A stretch of 64,000 nt of DNA from contig JBAXNW010000011.1 of NCBI GenBank assembly GCA_037133555.1, positions 8,971-72,970 on the forward strand, read 5' to 3'. The notes under the pieces were generated by a model. It did no database searches, was not told where the DNA came from, and was given only the letters and a program-made list of their open reading frames with translations. Positions 39,603 through 47,232 of the stretch are shown piece by piece. Every line of letters begins with the position of its first letter. Position 1 is the stretch's first letter. The stretch comes from Bacteroidota bacterium. GTDB taxonomy: Bacteria; Bacteroidota; Bacteroidia; Bacteroidales; JACABE01. Position numbers and translations under genes: made by a program.

Positions 39603-39694
39603 ATACATAATTTATTCAAAATAATATTTTTTAAAAAAATATTTTACTTTATTTTGTTAATTGAGATTTACCCCAAAGCCAATTAATCCAATTT

Positions 39695-39729
39695 AAAAAG
39701 GCTGATATTTAAAAAATACCAGCCTTTTT
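39695..39729 (-). terminator. Terminator hairpin of paralog 4
   Basis: AAAAAGGCTG(A)TA / TA(C)CAGCCTTTTT stem with one mismatch, ~22 nt past the stop at 39751. Confidence 0.7.
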
Positions 39730-39750
39730 GAATGTCAGTCTAAAAATAAT

Positions 39751-41577
39751 TTATCGTTTTACAACTATTAATTTTTCAGTAGCTTGAGCAGTTGATGTTT
39801 TTAACGTTACGAAATAAGTACCGCTTGTTAAATTTGATAAATCGATATCAAGCGTATAATTTCCTTTGGCTTTCATACCCTGATTCATCGTTTTGACAGT
39901 TCTGCCCATTATATCTGTAATATAAATTTCAGCCTTTTCGTTCTTCTTCATTTCATAAGAAATCTGTGTAGTAGTATTGGCAGGATTAGGCATACAAGTA
40001 AATAATGAAATATCTTTGTTTAATTCATTCATACCCACAATGCCATCCCAATGTTCATTCTGATTGAAAACTGTACGAATCATCATGGCGGCAACATTGC
40101 CACTTTGCCAGATATACCAGGTATTGGCAGTTGGATCAAAATAAAGTGAAGTTTGTTCCCATTGAGGAATTCCAGTGTTATCTGCAGCTATTTTAACTGT
40201 ATCAGTTCCACCAAAAACTTGAATACCTGCAAAATATAAAGAATCTTTTTGCATAGTATATCCTGCAGAAAAAGCAAGGTTAATAGAAGGAGGATTGACG
40301 CCGCCTGCTGCTGGGACATTTGCTGCAGTTATGTAATAGTTTGACGATTGAGCAACAATGGTTCTTGTACCGGTAGCTGCAAAATATTTATACAATACAG
40401 CTTTTATTTTTGAACCTACTTTAGTTTCATTATTAACAACACAATTAATCCCATAAGCCATTCTATCCTGATTTACCTGAAAACGATTCGTTGCAGTATA
40501 AGGATCAGATAAGGTTCCTGTTGCACCAGCCCACCTTGAACCATCGTAAGTGTTATTATCTCTTGAATATTTACAAGTATCGCAAACTATTTTAATGCTG
40601 AATGTATCTTGTGCTAAATGCGGGATAGAATCACTGGAAATATAAGAGGTTACTTTATAGGTACCTACTGTTGTTGAAGGTGTATAAAAATAATCATTTA
40701 AAATAAACCAGTCAGCAAGGCTTGTGTTTGAAAGTAAGGTTGTATCACTACTAGTAGAATCAGCTCCGGTAGTTAAATCGACACCATGTAATTTTACATG
40801 TGTTTGTGTAATAGCACCAAAATTTGAGATATCGGCATCACAATACATAGGTCTTCCTAATCCTTTTGGAATCTGGGTATAACCATCGTGGAAAGTAACT
40901 CTATCGGCAGTTAAATTGCTGTTAACCATGCTTCCAACAAAAACATCGTCAACATCTAAACTGGCACCATCTGAACCTTGGTATTGAAAAGCAACTTTAA
41001 AATTTGTACTAGTAGCATAATTGTTCAATAAAATTAGTTTTTGATAGTAGGTAAAACTTGTGAATGTACCAGCACTATCCTCTGTAAATACAGTAGTCCA
41101 GTTAGTACCTCCATCAGTACTGACCTTTACGCGGAAATCATAATTATTATATGGACTTACACCCCAATAATAACTCATATTCCACCAGAATTTCAAACAA
41201 GGATTGCTTATAGTGGATAAATTAATTGAAGGTGAAATCAACCATTCATTTTGAGGTGCCAAAGCAGGATCATATTCTACAAAAGCACTTTTGGTTCCGG
41301 TGTGTGCACCAGTTCCGACTTTCCATTGATAAAGAGCATTGGTTGTCCCGTTTTGCTTTACCCATCCAGTTGGAGGAAAAGTAGTCCCTTCAAATCCTTC
41401 GTTTAATAACACTGCTTTTGAGTTAGAAAGGATATTTTTTTCAAAGTATTGTTGAAGACTTTGACATTTCCCTTCCTGAATAGGATTTGTTTTTGAAGGC
41501 CTAACACTAACGTTTTGACCAAAGCTTAACGTGCTGCAAATTGCAAGCAATACAATAGAAGATAAAAACTTTTTCAT
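39751..41577 (-). CDS. T9SS-sorted secreted protein, paralog 4 of 4, with a different (canonical choice-of-anchor-J-like) N-terminal domain
   Basis: 608 aa. Residues 1-55 and ~225-608 are collinear with paralogs 1-3. Residues ~56-215 (EGFEGTTFPPTGWVKQNG ... VSTDGGTNWTTV ... LDVDDVFVG) are unrelated in sequence to the corresponding part of the others. Confidence 0.85.
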   Translation of the reverse strand: MKKFLSSIVLLAICSTLSFGQNVSVRPSKTNPIQEGKCQSLQQYFEKNILSNSKAVLLNEGFEGTTFPPTGWVKQNGTTNALYQWKVGTGAHTGTKSAFVEYDPALAPQNEWLISPSINLSTISNPCLKFWWNMSYYWGVSPYNNYDFRVKVSTDGGTNWTTVFTEDSAGTFTSFTYYQKLILLNNYATSTNFKVAFQYQGSDGASLDVDDVFVGSMVNSNLTADRVTFHDGYTQIPKGLGRPMYCDADISNFGAITQTHVKLHGVDLTTGADSTSSDTTLLSNTSLADWFILNDYFYTPSTTVGTYKVTSYISSDSIPHLAQDTFSIKIVCDTCKYSRDNNTYDGSRWAGATGTLSDPYTATNRFQVNQDRMAYGINCVVNNETKVGSKIKAVLYKYFAATGTRTIVAQSSNYYITAANVPAAGGVNPPSINLAFSAGYTMQKDSLYFAGIQVFGGTDTVKIAADNTGIPQWEQTSLYFDPTANTWYIWQSGNVAAMMIRTVFNQNEHWDGIVGMNELNKDISLFTCMPNPANTTTQISYEMKKNEKAEIYITDIMGRTVKTMNQGMKAKGNYTLDIDLSNLTSGTYFVTLKTSTAQATEKLIVVKR

Positions 41578-41604
41578 GGTAATTTTTTAAAGTGAATAAT
41601 TAAA

Positions 41605-41612
41605 CAAAAATA
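41605..41612 (-). promoter_or_regulatory. Candidate -7 box TATTTTTG for paralog 4
   Basis: The plus strand reads CAAAAATA, 28 nt upstream of the ATG at 41577. Confidence 0.35.
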
Positions 41613-41945
41613 AATAAAGATAAAGTTTATTTTAAATATATTAAGTTAACGGTTTCATTGAATCAGTTAACGGTAAAATCATAAAGACGAATTGAACTCA
41701 GTAAAAAAATTTCAAATAATTATTACCTCCCAAAAAAATTAATATATCTAAATATCACAATTTAAATTGCTAACCATTTAATTTTATTATATTTATCAAA
41801 ATATGAGGGTGAATAAATTTTAATACCACAAAGTTAGTATTTTTTTATAAATCACAACCATCTTATCTAAAAATTTTATCATCATTTTATATTGATTGTT
41901 TTTAGCAATTTCAAAATTGAGAGAAACTGAGCACAAATCAATTCA

Positions 41946-43652
41946 TTAACTTCCTGGAATTGAGTCTATCAGATTACGGGTATAATCCGAAGTAGGATTA
42001 TTATAAATACTATCCGCTTCGCCCATTTCTACAATTTCACCATTTTTCATCACTATCATTCGGTCCGACATAAATTTAACAACCGAAAGGTCGTGAGAAA
42101 TAAAGATATAGGTAAATTTAAAATCTAGTTTTAATTCATTCAGTAAATTCAGTACCTGAGCCTGTACCGATACATCCAATGCTGAAACCGATTCGTCGCA
42201 GATAATCAACTCAGGGTTCAAAGCCAAAGCACGTGCAATGCAGATCCGTTGTCGTTGCCCACCCGAAAATTCATGCGGATACCGCATAAAATGAGTTTCG
42301 TTCATATTTACCCTTTCGAGCAGTTCAATTACACGGGCTTTACGGGCTTTGTCAGTATCCAGAATGTGATGCACTTTCATAGGCTCCATGATGGCACTAC
42401 CTATACTTATTCGTGGGTTTAAAGAAGAATAGGGGTCCTGAAAAATAATCTGTAATTTTTGCCGGCAGGCCCTCATTTCGGCGGGTTTGAGCTGCGAAAG
42501 TTCTTTGCCTTTAAAAATAATTTGTCCACTTGAAGCATCTATCAAGCGCAATATACTCCTTCCGAGAGTAGTTTTCCCACATCCAGATTCACCCACCAAT
42601 CCCAATGTTTCGCCTTCGTAAACATCAAAACTGATATTATTTACCGCCCTGAAACTTGCTGTCACTTTACCCATCCACGATTTTCGGGTTGGGAAATCAA
42701 CATGAATGTTTTTTACCTGCAAAATAGGTGGGCGACTGTAGATAATATTTTGATTTTGAAATCTTTCACTGATTGTAATTTCGACAGCTTTAAAATGAGT
42801 TGAATGCATGAAGTCGTTCACGGTTGGTAAATGGGCAAGCCGGATATCTAATTTAGGACGACAAGCCAATAATCCCTGGGTGTAAGGATGTTGTGCATAA
42901 TGAAAAACATTGCTTGTTTTACCTTGTTCTACAATTTTACCTTTGTACATTACGGCTACATTATCTGCAATCTCGGCCACCATGCCCAAATCGTGGGTAA
43001 TAAAAATAATAGACATTCCATGTTTTTGCTGGAGCGTTTTTAAAAGTTCGAGTATCGTTTTTTGAACTGTAACGTCCAAAGCTGTAGTGGGTTCATCAGC
43101 TATCAACAAGGATGGCTTACAGGAAACAGCCATTGCTATCATCACCCTTTGCTTTTGTCCACCCGATAATTCATGAGGGTATTTATTGAAGACTTCATCT
43201 GGTTTAGGGAGCTGCACTTCAGCAAAGAGTTCAAGAGTTTTAAGCTTTGCATCTTTTTTAGAAATATTCTGATGTAATAAGATGGCTTCCATTACCTGTT
43301 TACCACATTTCAAAACTGGATTAAGGGAAGTCATTGGTTCCTGGAAAATCATGGCAATTTTATTACCCCGCCATTTTCGCATTTCTTTTTCAGTCAATTG
43401 CAACAAATCCTGATGATTGTTCTCAGAAATGTGAAAAATAATCTCACCCGAAGTGATTTTCCCGGGAGGGCAATTGATGAGCTGCATTATTGCCAACGAA
43501 GTAACCGATTTTCCTGAACCGGATTCACCCACAATACCTAGTATTTCGCCTTTTGCAAGCGAAAACGAAATATCATCTACCGCATTCTGAATACCATTAT
43601 CGGTTTTAAACTCAACCCTGAGGTTGTTGATTTGCAATAATTGCTTTTCCAA
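41946..43652 (-). CDS. Fused double ABC ATPase of the Opp/Dpp (oligopeptide/dipeptide, YejF-like) type
   Basis: 568 aa. Two Walker A sites (GESGSGKS, GESGCGKT), two LSGGQ(K/R)QR signatures, two Walker B sites, and the HPYT oligopeptide-type C-terminal motif after domain 1. The start codon is TTG at 43652, with an in-frame stop 9 nt upstream and no ATG available. Confidence 0.9.
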   Translation of the reverse strand: MEKQLLQINNLRVEFKTDNGIQNAVDDISFSLAKGEILGIVGESGSGKSVTSLAIMQLINCPPGKITSGEIIFHISENNHQDLLQLTEKEMRKWRGNKIAMIFQEPMTSLNPVLKCGKQVMEAILLHQNISKKDAKLKTLELFAEVQLPKPDEVFNKYPHELSGGQKQRVMIAMAVSCKPSLLIADEPTTALDVTVQKTILELLKTLQQKHGMSIIFITHDLGMVAEIADNVAVMYKGKIVEQGKTSNVFHYAQHPYTQGLLACRPKLDIRLAHLPTVNDFMHSTHFKAVEITISERFQNQNIIYSRPPILQVKNIHVDFPTRKSWMGKVTASFRAVNNISFDVYEGETLGLVGESGCGKTTLGRSILRLIDASSGQIIFKGKELSQLKPAEMRACRQKLQIIFQDPYSSLNPRISIGSAIMEPMKVHHILDTDKARKARVIELLERVNMNETHFMRYPHEFSGGQRQRICIARALALNPELIICDESVSALDVSVQAQVLNLLNELKLDFKFTYIFISHDLSVVKFMSDRMIVMKNGEIVEMGEADSIYNNPTSDYTRNLIDSIPGS

Positions 43653-43758
43653 TGGATTTTATTATTTAATATGTTTTAATTTAGCGCTGACAGGGTTTAG
43701 AACCCCCTGTCAGTGTTTAGAAAAGGTAAAATTAATAATATTCTGATGATTTAAAATT

Positions 43759-43792
43759 AAAAAGCTGTTTTGCAAAAACAAAACAGCTTTTT
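43759..43792 (-). terminator. Intrinsic terminator of the dipeptidase gene
   Basis: Perfect 14-bp stem AAAAAGCTGTTTTG / CAAAACAGCTTTTT with a 6-nt loop and a T-run on the minus strand. About 120 nt past the stop at 43914. Confidence 0.75.
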
Positions 43793-43913
43793 AAAATATA
43801 CAATCTGAATAATTTCTCAGGCAAATGTTGATTATTTTGACTATAATTCAAGACCTAATGCCTTATAAGTTATAAATCTATTGACAAATAAACTATATGC
43901 CTAATTCACCAAA

Positions 43914-45665
43914 TTAATGACTATCGTGTCCTTTGAATTTTAATTTTTCACCGGTTTGTTCTGCTATTTTTTTCAAATACCATTCAGGATAACCAGGTTG
44001 ATCGGGATAAGCTGGTTGGGTATAACCATTGCCCTGAAATTTACCATCTTTTTCCTTTTTGATATTTCCATCAATGTATTTAACCAATAAATATTCATAC
44101 AATTCTTTCCATTTTCCAAAGGTAAGATTGGCTTCCTGGTTTGAATAATCAGTTAGAATTGCAATGGCTTTGGCGTTATCTGCTTTGTAAACAGCATCTG
44201 CTTTTTTATCAATGTCGATTGATTTGGCAAAAAACCCATTTTCCAATTCACTTTGAACTTTTTGAATGTCTTTAATCATCACATTGTAGCGGGTATAACA
44301 AAAGTTAGAAACCTGATTGAATAACCAGAAAGCAGAAGTAGGAGAGTATTTTAACATATTGCCATTACCTACAGCAAAATTAGCTGGAATTTTATTAATA
44401 CCACAATACATAGGTGTGTAAACAGAAGAGTAACTATCGTCGACCCCAAACCAGAAAATACCACCAATTGGATTGGGTAACCATGAACGGGATTGAGCAA
44501 TAAAAGAAAATCCGGTTTGTTGGGTGGATATGGCTCTTTCATTTAAATAGGTAACACCATCTACTTTCCAAGTTAATGGACGCCAGCGGTAACCGCTCTG
44601 GTAAGGACCTGCACCTAAATCAGTGGTCATATCCAAAGGTGTGCCTTCAAAATGATCTCTCATCAGACCTATTACATCCTGTAACGAAAGTTTTTGATCG
44701 GGTTTTACCCATAAAGGCATGCGATGCGTGAGGTTTTCACCTTTTGCATAATCGATATAGTTGACCATATCTTTACAAACTTTATTAAAGCCTGACCAAA
44801 CCCTTGCTTCGCTAAAACGGGCACCACTAAAATCGAGGGGTGCATAAGTATTAGAAAAATCAAAATCAGCATCTTTACCGTTAAATAATTTCTGCTGACG
44901 TGCAAAGCTAATTACATCAAATGCATATACGGTCTCAATCCCGGGATTGAATATCTTTGATAAATTTTTACTAGAAATAGAAGTTTTTCCGTCTTCAAGA
45001 GGGAAAGTCGTGATACGGGCATGGTTGGCATGACCCGAAATGTAACCGTCAGGAATATGACGGGCTACCCATACGGCTCCTTTGCTATATTGCTTCATGT
45101 TTATTTTTCCGGTTTTGTCATAAACCGGTGAACCTTTTCCAATAATTTCAAAGATCCACACTTCGTTAGGATCAGAAATTGAAATAGATTCTCCAGTACT
45201 GTAATAACCATATTCGGCCACTAGTTCGCCCATTATCTTGATGGCTTCTCGGGCTGTTTTTGAACGTTGCAATGCAAGGTACATCATACTACCATAATCA
45301 ATGATAGCAGTAGTATCCTGTAAAACCTCACGACCAGTATAAGTAGTTTCACCAATGGCTACCTGATTTTCGTTCATATTGCCAACAACAGAATACGTAT
45401 GTAAAACCTGTTTAATTTTACCTAATGGTTTGCCGGTGTCCCATTCATAAATGTCCAACATGCTACCTGCGGGATAATCTTTAGCAGGACGATAATACAA
45501 CTCACCATATAAAGTGTGAGAATCAGCAGCATAAGTGATAAAGCAAGACCCATCTTTAGAAGCCCCTTTGGTGACTAAAAAATTGGTACATGCCTGGGCG
45601 TAAAAAAATACACCTGAAACATAGGCGATAACGCCTAATAAAGCGATCAATCTGAGTTTTTTCAT
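43914..45665 (-). CDS. Secreted C69-family dipeptidase
   Basis: 583 aa. The signal peptide is followed directly by the nucleophile Cys (YAQACTNFLVTKGAS), as in Ntn-type C69 peptidases. Confidence 0.85.
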   Translation of the reverse strand: MKKLRLIALLGVIAYVSGVFFYAQACTNFLVTKGASKDGSCFITYAADSHTLYGELYYRPAKDYPAGSMLDIYEWDTGKPLGKIKQVLHTYSVVGNMNENQVAIGETTYTGREVLQDTTAIIDYGSMMYLALQRSKTAREAIKIMGELVAEYGYYSTGESISISDPNEVWIFEIIGKGSPVYDKTGKINMKQYSKGAVWVARHIPDGYISGHANHARITTFPLEDGKTSISSKNLSKIFNPGIETVYAFDVISFARQQKLFNGKDADFDFSNTYAPLDFSGARFSEARVWSGFNKVCKDMVNYIDYAKGENLTHRMPLWVKPDQKLSLQDVIGLMRDHFEGTPLDMTTDLGAGPYQSGYRWRPLTWKVDGVTYLNERAISTQQTGFSFIAQSRSWLPNPIGGIFWFGVDDSYSSVYTPMYCGINKIPANFAVGNGNMLKYSPTSAFWLFNQVSNFCYTRYNVMIKDIQKVQSELENGFFAKSIDIDKKADAVYKADNAKAIAILTDYSNQEANLTFGKWKELYEYLLVKYIDGNIKKEKDGKFQGNGYTQPAYPDQPGYPEWYLKKIAEQTGEKLKFKGHDSH

Positions 45666-46030
45666 TTGTATGAATTTGTTTATTTTTTTCGAACGACAAA
45701 CCTACGTATTTTTTTTAATATAATAGCTAAAAATATGCTGGAAAAAATACGAAAGGAAAGTCAATTTAACTGAATTTCGGATTTAAAATCCAGAATTTAT
45801 TAATATTTTTTTCTAATTGCCCTAACTCTATTTTTAAAAAAAAATTTATTATGCTATGTGATAAAAATATTTACTTTTGAAAATGATATGTATATTAAAA
45901 AGGCTTTGAACTAATCGATATAAAATCATTTAAATATTGACAATCTACACATTAACAATTAATTTCAAGATTAGGTTTTTAAAATGATTATAAAATAATT
46001 TCACTGTATATTAATCAAATTTAATTAATT

Positions 46031-47200
46031 ATGAAGAATTTTTCGATGATTTCAAGAATTTTTTTGACGGGTATTCTTTTCCTGAGTTGTTCATTTAAGC
46101 TTTTTGCTCAACAAACAGAAATTAACAATTACACATCTGTATTGCAGGTACAACAATACGAAAGGGCAATTCATATCATGGCTATGCTATTGATTGGATT
46201 TGGATTTTTAATGGTTTTTATTAAAAAGTACGGACGTTCAGCACTTACTGCTACATTTTTGTTGGTAAGTATTTCAATTCCGCTTTATTTTTTAATTCAC
46301 ACTTCATTACTTTTTGGAGAAGCAAAAAGCGAAATTGAGGAATTGATTTTAGCTGAATTCAGTGCAGCCAGTTTATTAATTGCTGCCGGGGCTGTGTTGG
46401 GAAGGCTTAAAATGTTCCAATACCTTATTTTAGGATTGCTGTTTATACCTTTCTATATGCTTAACGAATGGATTATTATTGAAAATGGCTTAGGAATTAT
46501 TAAAGGTGGCTTTGCAGATACAGGTGGATCTATTGTTATTCATGCTTATGGTGCATTATTTGGTATAGCTGTGGCTATGTCAATGACTACCAAAAAGGAA
46601 TTAGAAGAACCAATTGAAGCTGATGCAACCAGTGACAGATATTCAATTCTGGGAAGTATGGTTTTGTGGGTATTCTGGCCAAGCTTTTGCGCTGCGCTGG
46701 TCCCAGTTGAAGCTATACCCCACACCGTTGTTAATGTATTTTTAGCTTTGTGTGGTTCAACTTTGATAACTTATTTCTTATCATTTAAAATTCGCGGGAA
46801 AATATATATTGCAGATATTGCCAATGCCACACTCGCTGGTGGAGTGGCTATTGGCTCTACTTGTGACCATGCAAGTCATCCTATTGCAATTTTAATTGGT
46901 GTTTTGGCAGGAACTATTTCAACAATAGGATTTGCAGTACTTCAAGACAAACAGCAAAAATTTCATCAGATTATTGATACCTGCGGAGTAACAAATTTAC
47001 ATGGATTACCAGGATTAATGGGTGGTTTCGCTGCAATTTTAGTGGTAGACGGTTTAAATGTATCCAGCCAGATTTCTGGAATTTTCATCACTATAATTTC
47101 AGCCTTAATCTTTGGTTTTCTTACAGGAAAATTAATTTCATTATTCGGGCACCGCAAAGAAGCATATATTGACGCTGAAGAATTTTTGGATGCAGATTGA
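46031..47200 (+). CDS. Rh-family (Rh50-like) ammonium/gas channel
   Basis: 389 aa, ~11 TM. LIGFGFLMVF, DTGGSIVIHAYGALFGIAVA (Rh-type D.GGS..IH.FGA.FG) and NLHGLPGLMGGFAAIL (Rh-type HG.PG rather than the Amt pattern). N-terminal signal-like segment. Confidence 0.75.
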   Translation: MKNFSMISRIFLTGILFLSCSFKLFAQQTEINNYTSVLQVQQYERAIHIMAMLLIGFGFLMVFIKKYGRSALTATFLLVSISIPLYFLIHTSLLFGEAKSEIEELILAEFSAASLLIAAGAVLGRLKMFQYLILGLLFIPFYMLNEWIIIENGLGIIKGGFADTGGSIVIHAYGALFGIAVAMSMTTKKELEEPIEADATSDRYSILGSMVLWVFWPSFCAALVPVEAIPHTVVNVFLALCGSTLITYFLSFKIRGKIYIADIANATLAGGVAIGSTCDHASHPIAILIGVLAGTISTIGFAVLQDKQQKFHQIIDTCGVTNLHGLPGLMGGFAAILVVDGLNVSSQISGIFITIISALIFGFLTGKLISLFGHRKEAYIDAEEFLDAD

Positions 47201-47232
47201 TAAGATGATGTAAAAATCTATCAGAAAGCTAT

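Noticed and set aside
33381-39729. Regularly spaced repeats of AAAGGCTGA...TCAGCCTTT, considered as a possible CRISPR array or REP-type element.
   Set aside because: Spacing is ~2.1 kb, not tens of nt. Each copy is a hairpin with flanking A/T runs placed ~20 nt after a stop codon. These are duplicated intrinsic terminators of the paralog units.
33435-41577. Diversity-generating retroelement or invertible-promoter phase variation acting on the paralog array.
   Set aside because: The window contains no reverse transcriptase, no template-repeat-like extra copy and no site-specific recombinase. I also found no inverted repeats bracketing the promoter boxes. Variation looks recombinational (gene conversion) instead.
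45872-45879. TACTTTTG box 150 nt upstream of the Rh gene as its promoter, with a possible riboswitch-like leader.
   Set aside because: The octamer fits TAnnTTTG, but the 150-nt leader is almost pure AT with no convincing conserved stems. I could not support either a promoter call or a structured RNA from sequence alone.
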